Shown piece after piece: positions 1 to 9,216 of a stretch of 64,000 nucleotides of DNA. The stretch is taken from positions 7,914 through 71,913 of the forward strand of contig CAYHDV010000003.1 of the NCBI GenBank assembly GCA_964355515.1, given 5' to 3'. The position numbers were made by a program, and so were the translations under genes. This stretch comes from an uncultured Candidatus Saccharibacteria bacterium. Its GTDB lineage: Bacteria; Patescibacteriota; Minisyncoccia; Phycocordibacterales; CSBR16-119. The notes beneath the pieces were generated by a model. It was not told the origin of the DNA, did not search any database, and saw nothing but the letters and a program-made list of their open reading frames with translations. The first letter of the stretch is position 1. Each line of letters starts with the position of its first letter.

Positions 1-88
1 TTATTTTATTCTATTATAGCACAATCAGTATGAGTTTGTCAAGCACCTTTGGATGATCCCCAAAGAATCCTCGAAACCTCGCTTTTTC

Positions 89-105
89 AGAGGTTCAACC
101 TCTGA
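89..105. repeat. REP-like palindrome agaggttcaacctct, embedded in a longer 19-bp-arm hairpin at 79-117
   Basis: Same core palindrome as four copies around the RAYT gene at 10.9-11.8 kb. Confidence 0.6.
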
Positions 106-190
106 AAAAGTGAGGTTACCTATCCCCTAGCATTTTCAAGGTTTTTTGTTATATTAGAAATACTTTTATCTAATTAATCCAACAAAAACA

Positions 191-775
191 ATGTTAATCC
201 CAACAGTTATAGAAAAATCACAATTTGGAGAACGAGCATACGATATCTACTCCAGGCTTCTAAATGAGAGAATTATCTTCCTTGGAGGTGGTATTGATGA
301 CCATGTAGCAAATGTAGTAGTTGCCCAACTTCTTTTCCTTGAATCAGAAGATCCAAAGAAAGATATCTATCTTTACATCAATTCACCAGGAGGAAGTGTG
401 CACGCTGGAATGGCCATCCTCGACACTATGAACCACATCAAACCAGAGGTCGCGACAGTGTGCGTAGGACACGCTGCGTCTATGGGAGCAATGCTTCTAT
501 CTGCCGGTGAGAAAGGAAAACGATTTGTACTTCCAAACTCAGAAGTCATGATCCACCAACCACTCGGAGGTATCGAAGGACAAGCAACCGATATCGAAAT
601 CACCGCCCAACACATCCTCAAAATCCGAGATACTCTAAACAAAATCCTTTCAGAGAACACAGGACAAAAACTAGAGAAAATCGCAAAGGATGTAGACCGA
701 GACTACTGGATGAGTGCCGAAGAAGCAGTAAAATATGGAATAGTAGACAAGGTAATGAAGAAACCAAAGAAATAG
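191..775 (+). CDS. clpP: ATP-dependent Clp protease proteolytic subunit ClpP
   Basis: 194 aa. Characteristic ClpP motifs ([31 protein letters not shown]) and full-length match to the family. Followed by a terminator. Confidence 0.95.
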   Translation: MLIPTVIEKSQFGERAYDIYSRLLNERIIFLGGGIDDHVANVVVAQLLFLESEDPKKDIYLYINSPGGSVHAGMAILDTMNHIKPEVATVCVGHAASMGAMLLSAGEKGKRFVLPNSEVMIHQPLGGIEGQATDIEITAQHILKIRDTLNKILSENTGQKLEKIAKDVDRDYWMSAEEAVKYGIVDKVMKKPKK

Positions 776-793
776 TTTTCTTAATTAAACATA

Positions 794-832
794 AAAAAGC
801 TCGGCGCCTCTGGCGCCGAGCTTTTTTATTCA
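794..832 (+). terminator. Rho-independent terminator after clpP
   Basis: GC stem agctcggcgcc/ggcgccgagct followed by a T-tract. Confidence 0.7.
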
Positions 833-1005
833 CCGCAGGATGTTGGCAACATGAAGGAGAGAGATTTTTTACTTCTTTTGAAAGAGAACAAAGCTGTTTT
901 CTTTCAAAAGAAGTAGTACATATTACCAACATCCTATGGTGACTCATATTTTATTATTATCACATAGCCTGTATCTCTCTTTTTTTATTTCTTTACTTAC
1001 ATCAT

Positions 1006-1083
1006 ACTCGCAATGAAACCTCGAATCTATTACAACTCAAGATTTCAATAACGAGGGCAAGCGATTTTTAAGTCGCTTGCCCG
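1006..1083. repeat. Conserved 52-bp imperfect-palindromic element plus adjacent stem-loop (copy 1)
   Basis: actcgcaatgaaacctcgaatctAttacaactcaagatttcaataacgaggg is 51/52 identical to copy 2 at 1734-1785. It is followed by the hairpin gcaagcgatttttaagtcgcttgc. Confidence 0.7.
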
Positions 1084-1161
1084 TTTGTGATTAACCCTAA
1101 CCCGTTATCAGTCCAGGAAGAATTTGACGTCTACCTGGAGGTTCCATCCCCCCCTCTCACT

Positions 1162-1710
1162 TCAATGGCCATCCAGCCAATTGAAGAAATTGTTCTCCGC
1201 TCCTGCCACCACTTCTGGTGACAGTCCAGCCAATGGGGAGGAGTACCCCATTTGGCCGTAATACATTTTTTTAGTATCAAACGGAGGGCAAAATGCCTCC
1301 GGAAACTGAGCCTCTTTATTTTTTTGGGCTTCAGTCAGCCCGCCCTCCCCAAGGAGGGCCAGTTGCCACCACTTGTTCTGGTGGCCATCAGTTATCTGGA
1401 TGTTCCCCACCCGGAAGGATGGGTTGCATCCAAAGGTAAAGAGGTCCCCTCTCGGATTCCTCTCTTCTTTTGCAGCCTGGAACTGGCTGCAAAATTTAAT
1501 AGTCCTCTCTTCCGAGGGACTATCAAATATTTCTCTCGATATGATTGTCAGGGGAATCTCTTCCGCTAACAGGTAATTAATCATCTCGCCATTATCTGGC
1601 CAGATTGTTCCGTTCGCTAGAACCTGATTAATTTTTATCTTTTTCATACTCTCTTCCCTTGCCATCTCTGACTTGAAACCTGCAATAGCAGGAACTTTCC
1701 ACGGGATCAT
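1162..1710 (-). CDS. Hypothetical protein (182 aa), no recognisable domain
   Basis: Long ORF with a coding-like composition, immediately followed on its own strand by the conserved 52-bp element. Confidence 0.5.
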   Translation of the reverse strand: MIPWKVPAIAGFKSEMAREESMKKIKINQVLANGTIWPDNGEMINYLLAEEIPLTIISREIFDSPSEERTIKFCSQFQAAKEERNPRGDLFTFGCNPSFRVGNIQITDGHQNKWWQLALLGEGGLTEAQKNKEAQFPEAFCPPFDTKKMYYGQMGYSSPLAGLSPEVVAGAENNFFNWLDGH

Positions 1711-1733
1711 GGATTGTTTTTAGTTTAACTTTT

Positions 1734-1809
1734 ACTCGCAATGAAACCTCGAATCTCTTACAACTCAAGATTTCAATAACGAGGGAAAGCAGAAACCATC
1801 TGCTTTCCC
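1734..1809. repeat. Conserved 52-bp element plus adjacent stem-loop (copy 2)
   Basis: Direct repeat of 1006-1057. Followed by a different hairpin, gaaagcagaaaccatctgctttcc. Confidence 0.7.
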
Positions 1810-1819
1810 TATATAACCC

Positions 1820-2569
1820 TTATTCCCTCAGCCACTGCTGGATGAAGGTACCCAACCCTGCAAATTCTTGCAGGTCTTGAATTGTTTTGGGAAAAATATC
1901 CCTGGGGTTTTCAGCCCCTCTTTTCATACCTAGTGAACGACCAAGATAATGGCCATCCGCTATCCTTACTCCGACCTTCTTCTCTTGGAAGAAGGGAAGG
2001 ATTTTTTCTTCCAAAAATTTTTTCTGGAAGAAACCTTCCCAAGATTTCTCTTGGGAGGACTCCCATTCGACTACATCCATTGCGGTGTAGCCAATGTTCT
2101 TTAAGTTTTTGTAGACAAAATCTTTGTCTACAAAAACAGAAAATGGATCTTCTACTAAAGACCCATATCCAGAGAAGTCTCCGGACCACCAGCCTAACTG
2201 GCTGATGTCTTCTCTTGATAACTGGGTTTCTATCCCAGCAATATAAATGTTATCAATATGGATAACATTTATGTTGTACTTTTTATTTTGAACTGGGAGA
2301 TTAACTCCCAATTCATGAAGTACCTCTGGGTTTTTAATCCGGAGGTATCCTCTCCCCACCACTTCGTAGTGGAGGGTTTTCGCAATCTCTCTTGGAAGAG
2401 CAACCACGCTCTCCCATTTTAGATTTTGACCACAATCATAGTGGTCAAGTAGCCCTAAGGCTATCTTGAAGTCTGGGCCAGAGCTTAACTCTGGCAAAAC
2501 TTTTGCAATGTTCCCAAAAGAGGGATTCATCGGGAAAAGATTATATTGATGCACTTTTTTCTCATTCAT
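1820..2569 (-). CDS. Hypothetical protein (249 aa)
   Basis: Long ORF. Not recognised. Followed on its own strand by copy 2 of the conserved element. Confidence 0.55.
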   Translation of the reverse strand: MNEKKVHQYNLFPMNPSFGNIAKVLPELSSGPDFKIALGLLDHYDCGQNLKWESVVALPREIAKTLHYEVVGRGYLRIKNPEVLHELGVNLPVQNKKYNINVIHIDNIYIAGIETQLSREDISQLGWWSGDFSGYGSLVEDPFSVFVDKDFVYKNLKNIGYTAMDVVEWESSQEKSWEGFFQKKFLEEKILPFFQEKKVGVRIADGHYLGRSLGMKRGAENPRDIFPKTIQDLQEFAGLGTFIQQWLRE

Positions 2570-2647
2570 TTTTTCTTGTTTTGGTTACTTTTACTCACGA
2601 AAAATCGCAGACAAAAGTAACCAAAACAAATAGGTTTGAATTCCCTA

Positions 2648-2681
2648 CCCAGCACCAATTTCAATTGAAATTGGTGCTGGG
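2648..2681. promoter_or_regulatory. Perfect 34-bp palindrome cccagcaccaatttcaattgaaattggtgctggg, about 80 bp upstream of the 1820..2569 gene
   Basis: 17-bp perfect arms with no flanking T-tract. An operator or cruciform is more likely than an intrinsic terminator. Confidence 0.4.
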
Positions 2682-3512
2682 ATAAGAAAGGCAAGTTGAT
2701 CTTGCCAACAACAGTCAGACGGATTGAACCGTTTGATGATTGAAGAATTTTTTCCATCTCTTTTTTGGTTTTGAGATGAATACTTTATCCGTCCGAATCT
2801 CGCTCTTTGGATAAATAGCGCCCTGTTTTGTGTCTAGGAATGACAACGGTTTTCACCGCAAATATACACACGCTACACATGCATATATTTGCGGTATCGA
2901 AAAGTGCCTCTCTCCTTGCACTGCTCAATACCATTTAATTTTTTAATAACCAGCTCACAAAAATCCTGTCGTGATTTTCTCACCTGTGCAGATGTGATGT
3001 GCCTGGGTTTATTCTATTGTCAAAGTTCTTTTCTCTTTATTACTCTCTCCTTTTGAGAATCCTAAAGATATTTCTGGGAGTAAGACGGGTTAGTTTCTTA
3101 CTTGCCCAGTCGATATCTCTACGATACGATGTGATACTTTTTTCCGACAGCCGACCAAAGGTTTGACTGCGACCCTACACACTGAAGGAGTGATTGCTTT
3201 TGCGAACAATTTCACTTCGGGAGGATAATATCTATGCAAAACTTTAAAGTTATATATTTGACCACTATCCACTTCTTTGTGCTCTCCTCACTCTCTCCTT
3301 AATTAGAGTGAAGAACGGTCAGCTATATATCTTTTTATTTGAAAGAACTTAATTAACTTTCTTGTCTATATAATAGCATCTATTCCTTGTTTTGTCAATT
3401 AATTGTGATTAAATTTATTAAATAGGTCAAAATACGTTGATAAATAAAGCTTTTTTAGTTATCCACATTGTCACAGTTGTATGACAATTACAAATAATGT
3501 ACCATAAAAGGT

Positions 3513-4337
3513 ATGGATAATGACAATATTCTAAGACAAGCAGGTCTCACAGAAGATCAAGCTCAAATATATGAGGCTCTGCTTGACCGTGGAGTTCAGA
3601 GAGCTAGCACCCTCTCAAAATGGACCGGTATTAAAAGAGGTCTCACCTACAAAACCCTCGAGCAGCTCGAGCTTATGGGTTTGATAAAAAAGACTGAAAA
3701 CAAAGGCTCTGTAGCCACTTTTTCGGCCCAACATCCAAGTAATTTAATGCAGAACATAGAAAGAAAGGAGCGTGAAATAGCCCTCTCAAAGGAGATGGTT
3801 ATTTATTCTCTTGGAAGTCTTGTTTCTAAGTACAATCTTCTGGAAGATAAGCCCAATATTCAGTTTTTCGAAGGAATAGAGGGTCTTAATAAGTTATATA
3901 CAGATATAATCGCAATCAAAAAAAATATCCTCCTAATCCAGTCACCAGATGACCGAAATCATCCAGAAATAGAAAAGTTGATTCAATTACAAATAAAGCG
4001 ACAAGTTGATACTAATATACAAACAAGAGCAATCACACCACTCGTTGAAGATACAAAGATCTTTGTAGAAAAATATGATGAAAAAAATCTTGTAACCAGA
4101 CGAATAGTAAAGCCAGGAAACTTTTCTCCCCCAGCTCAAATAATAGTTTTTGGTAACAAGGTTGGAATAACCTCTTTTGAAGAAAATATGATCACAACAA
4201 TAATAGAAAGTGAATCATTCTCAAAAACATTTGAAAGCATATTTAACTTAATTTGGGAGAAACAATCAGAAGAACACGAGGAGATTATTGCTTCTCTTGG
4301 AGTTCATTCAGATAAAGACGGAACATCTCTGCTATAG
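3513..4337 (+). CDS. TrmB-like winged-helix transcriptional regulator
   Basis: N-terminal HTH (LTEDQAQIYEALLDRGVQRASTLSKWTGIKRGLTYKTLEQLELMGLIKK), typical of the TrmB/MarR-type wHTH. About 270 aa with a C-terminal domain. Confidence 0.6.
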   Translation: MDNDNILRQAGLTEDQAQIYEALLDRGVQRASTLSKWTGIKRGLTYKTLEQLELMGLIKKTENKGSVATFSAQHPSNLMQNIERKEREIALSKEMVIYSLGSLVSKYNLLEDKPNIQFFEGIEGLNKLYTDIIAIKKNILLIQSPDDRNHPEIEKLIQLQIKRQVDTNIQTRAITPLVEDTKIFVEKYDEKNLVTRRIVKPGNFSPPAQIIVFGNKVGITSFEENMITTIIESESFSKTFESIFNLIWEKQSEEHEEIIASLGVHSDKDGTSLL

Positions 4338-5979
4338 AAGCGAAGGTTTCTTCTTCTCCGAACTCAGGAGAAAATGTTTCTGTCGTGTGGTGTGAGTCCA
4401 CGGCTTCTTCAAAAAAATTACCCAAGACATCACCTGTTCGAGATAATTCATCATCTTCGCGGTAAGCCCTCCCCATATCAAGAGATACATGAGCCCGGCC
4501 GGCTTCTTCATGATCCTCTCTATCAATCCCTATTCTTAAATTTGAACCCTCCATTAGATTGTTTTGCTTATGAGATTTTGTTGAATTGAAAAATGCTTTT
4601 TTAAGATTTTCATTTGGTACAACCGTATCAAAATTCAACTCAAAATTTATACGAGCCTGGGCATTTCTTTCTTTTCTTGGACGAACAAATGTCTTGAGCT
4701 CATATTCATAACCCTTTGTCTTGTCATCAACCCTCAACTTAAGACCATTTGCTGTTTTGTTTATAAGAGTAAAATCATAATTTTTTTGTTCTGGCATATC
4801 CGCTAAAATATCCAGCATTGTTGTCACACCCTCAATAGCATTCAAAACATCTTCTATATTTAATTTCGTTATATCTTCCATGGCAATACTGTTTGCCCCC
4901 ACCAAAATATCCTTGGCGCGAATCATTAGAGCTTCATAGAGTTCGTAGGGAAGCTTTTCTTTGGAGGGAATATCCAGGTCTGACCCCTCTATTGATTTTG
5001 AAAGTAATTCTTTAATTTTTTCTGCCGTATCAATAAGTTTTGAATATCCTTCAAATATTTTCTCTGACTCTTCCTGACGAAGCTTCGCACCAAGATCTAG
5101 GATTTTGCCCCCCATTTCTTGCCCACCTTGCTCCATAGACAAAAAGGTTCGAAGACCACTTCCGCCATACTTGTTTAAAAAAGATCTTAATTGACCCGCT
5201 TCTTCATTTGTTTTGTTCTTTATATAAGAAAAAAAGTTAAACAATTCAATTAAATTTGTCTGAGAAAAAGAAATCCCTAGATCTTTTTCTATTGGCGCCC
5301 TTAGGGCTTTGTTAGAAAAAAGTTTCTCAAACAAATCTATTTCTTTCTTATTAGCAGGATTCAAAACACCACTCATACTTAATTCATTATCAATTTCTTT
5401 AGAATTTTTAGAAAAAAAGAGTGTTTCATTAATATTTTTTATGTCACGCTTTGGTACACCAAGCCTTTTCATTCTATCTTTATATTCATTAAATTTATTT
5501 TTTTCTATCAACTTCAAGGAATCATCCAAAACAAGCGCAAAATGATTTTTATCAAAATCAATCTTTCTGACACTATTACCAAAGTTTTCCAAAAACAGCC
5601 CATTGTCTACGGTTGTTAGGTACTGAGAGAGGATATAGTTTGAGCCTTCATCTCCCCCCTGAGTATTGTTCAAATTCTCTATATATTGGCTATAAAAAGT
5701 TTTACTAGTGAGGTCACGGCCAATCATTTGGTCTCTATTTTCGCCAGAGCACGCACCTAGAGATGTGATATTTAGATAACTCTCTTCAAATTTATCAGGG
5801 TCTTTAAGGTCAATCTTAGGTAAAACTACATTCTCAATTCGCTTAGCCTCTCCTTCACCATAACCCCATGCGTACTGCTCACCATCACCCATCGATGGGT
5901 TTTTCCAAATTTCTATTCCCTCAATAACAACAGGACTTTCTTCTTGAGTATGATTGTAATTATTTGACCCTTCTTTCAT
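4285..5979 (-). CDS. Large hypothetical protein (564 aa), no recognised domains
   Basis: Uninterrupted ORF, convergent with the regulator and overlapping it by about 50 bp at the 3' ends. Confidence 0.6.
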   Translation of the reverse strand: MKEGSNNYNHTQEESPVVIEGIEIWKNPSMGDGEQYAWGYGEGEAKRIENVVLPKIDLKDPDKFEESYLNITSLGACSGENRDQMIGRDLTSKTFYSQYIENLNNTQGGDEGSNYILSQYLTTVDNGLFLENFGNSVRKIDFDKNHFALVLDDSLKLIEKNKFNEYKDRMKRLGVPKRDIKNINETLFFSKNSKEIDNELSMSGVLNPANKKEIDLFEKLFSNKALRAPIEKDLGISFSQTNLIELFNFFSYIKNKTNEEAGQLRSFLNKYGGSGLRTFLSMEQGGQEMGGKILDLGAKLRQEESEKIFEGYSKLIDTAEKIKELLSKSIEGSDLDIPSKEKLPYELYEALMIRAKDILVGANSIAMEDITKLNIEDVLNAIEGVTTMLDILADMPEQKNYDFTLINKTANGLKLRVDDKTKGYEYELKTFVRPRKERNAQARINFELNFDTVVPNENLKKAFFNSTKSHKQNNLMEGSNLRIGIDREDHEEAGRAHVSLDMGRAYREDDELSRTGDVLGNFFEEAVDSHHTTETFSPEFGEEETFASIAEMFRLYLNELQEKQ

Positions 5980-6178
5980 ACCCCAAATTATACACCACTA
6001 GCTCAAAATACAACCCTCTGTTATACTTGGCTTGTTATTAGATTAAATATACAGACCTGACCGTAGATACCGACATGACCCGTACCGACAATGAAAACTC
6101 TTTCTTCTTGAATTTTTTCACGACATACCTAAACCGACATAAATAAAACGTATCTAACCGAAGGGTCTTTGACCACAT

Positions 6179-7705
6179 ATGAATATAAAAATAATTATCT
6201 TTTTTGCTCTTACACTTTGTGTGGGAGGAGCTTTGGGATATGCACTACGATATCTCCTTGCAATAGGAAAGCGTGGCGGAGTGGAGCTAGAAATAAAGCA
6301 GATGATAGTAGATGCAAAAGAAGAGGCGTCTAGAATAACCGATGAATCAAAGAAAAAGGCAGAATTAAAAGAGCTAGAACTTAAAAAAGAAGAGAGAGAA
6401 CGAGAGTCAGAATTTAAAAAGACAGAAGACCGATTTATAAAAAAAGAAGAGCTTTTGGATGCAAGACAAGTAGAGCTAGACAAAGAATCAGAAGATATCA
6501 AAAGAAGACTAACAGACATAACAGAAAAACAAGAATTATTAGCTGATCTCGAAACAAAGAAACAAGATGAGCTTTCTAAGATTGCCCAAAAAACAAAGGA
6601 GGAGGCGCTCGAAGAAATATTTATTTCAATAGAAAGACAATACAGTGAAGACTTGCTTGCTCGAACTCAAAAGCTAGAACTTGCAAACAAAGAAAAACTC
6701 GACGCAAGAGCTCGTGATATTTTGACTATGTCTATTCAAAGAATGGCAAACGCCAATGTTTCAGACATCATGACAACAAACGTCACCCTATCTTCAGATG
6801 AAGAAAAAGGTAAGATTATCGGAAAAGAAGGTAGAAATATTCGTGCATTTGAAAGAGCTGCTGGAGTGGAGCTTATTGTAGACGACACGCCAGGGGTTGT
6901 GATTATTTCTGCGTTTGATCCTGTGCGACGACAAGTGGCACGTGTAGCACTTGAACACCTGATCGCCGATGGTAGAATCCAACCAGCAAAAATAGAAGAA
7001 GTGGTGAAAAAATCACAAGAAGAAGTAAACAACATAATCAAACAAAAAGGGGAAGAGGCTGTCTATGAACTTGGAATATATAACTTTGATCCACGAATTG
7101 TGGCTATTCTGGGGCGACTTTATTTCCGAACAAGCTACGGACAAAACGTCCTTCAGCACTCAGTAGAGATGGCACACATCGCAGCCATGATCGCAGAAGA
7201 GCTTGGGGCTGATGTAGCGGTAGCAAAGGCTGGAGCATTGGTGCATGACATAGGAAAGGCTCTTACACACGAAGTCCAGGGATCCCATGTTGATATTGGA
7301 ATAAGAATCCTTACAAAATTCGGAGCAGAAAAAGCAGTGATAGATGCAATGAAGAGTCATCATGATGAGTACCCATATGAAACCCTTGAAGCTCATATCG
7401 TCCAAACAGCAGATGCTATCTCAGGTGGAAGACCGGGGGCCAGACGTGATTCAGTAGAAAATTACTTGAAACGACTAGAGGAGCTAGAAAAAATAGCAAC
7501 AAGCCAAAAAGGTGTTGAGAAGGCTTATGCCCTATCAGCCGGGAGAGAAATCCGAGTGTTTGTAACACCAGAAAATATTTCTGATATTGAAGCCAAAGAA
7601 ACAGCAAGAGAAATTGCAAAAAACATTGAAGCAAATCTCAAATACCCAGGTGAAATACGAGTTGTGGTTATTCGAGAAAATAGAGTGATTGAGTTTGCAA
7701 GGTAG
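6179..7705 (+). CDS. rny: Ribonuclease Y
   Basis: N-terminal TM helix, coiled-coil, KH domain (KGKIIGKEGRNIRAFE) and HD domain (HSVEMAHIAAMIAEELG...HDIGKA). Confidence 0.9.
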   Translation: MNIKIIIFFALTLCVGGALGYALRYLLAIGKRGGVELEIKQMIVDAKEEASRITDESKKKAELKELELKKEERERESEFKKTEDRFIKKEELLDARQVELDKESEDIKRRLTDITEKQELLADLETKKQDELSKIAQKTKEEALEEIFISIERQYSEDLLARTQKLELANKEKLDARARDILTMSIQRMANANVSDIMTTNVTLSSDEEKGKIIGKEGRNIRAFERAAGVELIVDDTPGVVIISAFDPVRRQVARVALEHLIADGRIQPAKIEEVVKKSQEEVNNIIKQKGEEAVYELGIYNFDPRIVAILGRLYFRTSYGQNVLQHSVEMAHIAAMIAEELGADVAVAKAGALVHDIGKALTHEVQGSHVDIGIRILTKFGAEKAVIDAMKSHHDEYPYETLEAHIVQTADAISGGRPGARRDSVENYLKRLEELEKIATSQKGVEKAYALSAGREIRVFVTPENISDIEAKETAREIAKNIEANLKYPGEIRVVVIRENRVIEFAR

Positions 7706-7725
7706 TAGACTCAACATTTGGAAAA

Positions 7726-7754
7726 GACCCGCCCCCTAGGGGGCGGGTCTTTTC
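7726..7754 (+). terminator. Terminator after rny
   Basis: gacccgcccccta/gggggcgggtc hairpin plus T-tract. A second hairpin at 7772-7798 serves the minus-strand gene. Confidence 0.7.
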
Positions 7755-7808
7755 TCTTACCCAACCAAAACAAAAAGGACCACACACGGTGGTCCTTTCA
7801 TGCTTTCC

Positions 7809-8048
7809 TCATGGCTTCTTTTTTCCAAATGTCTTGTTCCAAATGAGGGATAACCCCAAAAGCATCAAAATCAAAGGAATGAGAGCATTCATTACAAGTG
7901 AGTAAATCGCAGTTATGATTGTCTGTTGTAGTTCTGGGCTGAACATGACAATCAAGGTGAGTATGCTCAATATGATAATCACAGTTCTCTTTGGTTCCCC
8001 AAAAAAGAAATCCATCCATTTTTCTCCAGTATTTTTTTCGTCAGCCAT
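7809..8048 (-). CDS. Small hypothetical membrane protein (79 aa)
   Basis: Two hydrophobic helices. Bracketed by terminator hairpins. Confidence 0.4.
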   Translation of the reverse strand: MADEKNTGEKWMDFFFGEPKRTVIIILSILTLIVMFSPELQQTIITAIYSLVMNALIPLILMLLGLSLIWNKTFGKKKP

Positions 8049-8269
8049 GGCTTCTAGATTTTTAAATTTTTTTGATTTATTCTATTATATCAGATAATAG
8101 AATTATGTCAATCTATTATTTTTGCCAAAATCCCTTGCATGAAAAATACGTTGATATATAATGGTTTCTGAGACAGTGAGTATTCCCTACCCACTGCTCA
8201 CAGATAAATCAGAGCTTTGGTCGAGAAGTTATAAGTTAAATATGGCACTTCAAGTGTCAGAATAAAACT

Positions 8270-8542
8270 ATGAACAAAGCATCACTAGTAGAGATTGTTC
8301 ACGCAAAACTTGGTGGAACAAAAGTTCAAGCAGAAGATGTAGTAAATGGAATCTTTGATTCAATTATCGCATCTATGAAAGCTGGAAATGATGTTTCTAT
8401 TGCTGGATTCGGTATTTTTGCCGTAAAAAGACAAGCCGCACGAACAGCTCGAAACCCAAGAACAGGAGATACTGTTCAGGTAAAAGCTAAAAATGCTCCA
8501 AAATTCAAAGCTGCAAAAGCTTTGAAGGACGCAGTTAACTAA
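8270..8542 (+). CDS. hup: DNA-binding protein HU
   Basis: 90 aa. HU signature (GFGIFAVKRQAARTARNPRTGDTVQV). Confidence 0.9.
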   Translation: MNKASLVEIVHAKLGGTKVQAEDVVNGIFDSIIASMKAGNDVSIAGFGIFAVKRQAARTARNPRTGDTVQVKAKNAPKFKAAKALKDAVN

Positions 8543-8697
8543 TACCTTATATTTTTTGTATACAAGAAATATATCGGCGACCTAAAAAATTGCCACCTTA
8601 CAAAAAAGACCCATTGTGAAATGGGGCTTTTTTGTTTCTAATACTTGCCGAACAATCGGTTTTTTGCTACTATACATTTCGTTATTAAGAACACCGA

Positions 8698-8770
8698 GGG
8701 GGTGTAGTATAACGGCTCATTATGCCTGCCTTCCAAGCAGGAGATCGGGGTTCGATTCCCCGCACCCTCA
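8698..8770 (+). tRNA. tRNA-Gly (anticodon UCC)
   Basis: Acceptor gggggtg/caccctc. Anticodon arm cctgc-cttccaa-gcagg. T-arm cgggg-ttcgatt-ccccg. The D-arm is atypical (3-bp stem). Followed by a terminator hairpin. Confidence 0.75.
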
Positions 8771-8774
8771 CAAA

Positions 8775-9215
8775 ACACTAGAGTCACCATGCAACGCATG
8801 GTGGCTTTTGTGTTTTACAGGTAGTAAGGGGAATCGAACCGAGCCCCGACGAAGTCTTTCGAGTATAACGAGAAAGCCGGGGCGAGTGGCGGCTGATGGA
8901 ACGAGATTTTTTGTGAGTGAAACGAAGCAAAAAATCCGTGAGAGGAGCCTATTCCCCGCACCCTCACAAATCTAAAAAGTCATGAATTACTCCATGGCTT
9001 TTTAGATTCTCGAGACGGGGGCGAGAAAGCAAATTTCTTTGCTTTCGTGGGAATCGAACCAGCGGAGCCATATTTCGAACAAAGTGAGAAAAAGCGAGAT
9101 GCGTCCAGCAGTACTTACTTCGCAGAAAATCTTTGATTTTTGAGAAAGTTAGTAACTGCGGGATCATTCCCCGCACCCTCACAAAGAAACAAAGACGCCA
9201 ACCTGGCGTCTTTGT
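8775..9215 (+). repeat. Two decayed tandem copies of tRNA-Gly (pseudo-tRNAs). The 20-nt tRNA 3' end attccccgcaccctcacaaa is directly repeated at 8951-8970 and 9166-9185, each copy followed by its own terminator hairpin
   Basis: Repeats fall at 196 and 215 bp spacing. The units retain D-arm-like (gtgagtgaaacg, gttagtaactgcgg) and acceptor/T-arm fragments. Inverted T-arm-like gggaatcgaacc is present in both units. Confidence 0.6.
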
Positions 9216-9216
9216 T

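Noticed and set aside
8826-8850. Independent minus-strand tRNA at ggggaatcgaaccgagcccc
   Set aside because: Only a T-loop-like inverted fragment. No T-stem pairing or anticodon arm can be formed. Treated as part of the decayed tRNA repeat unit.
8616-8975. 119-aa plus-strand ORF
   Set aside because: It lies entirely over tRNA-Gly and its decayed tandem copies. Its translation is driven by tRNA-like sequence.
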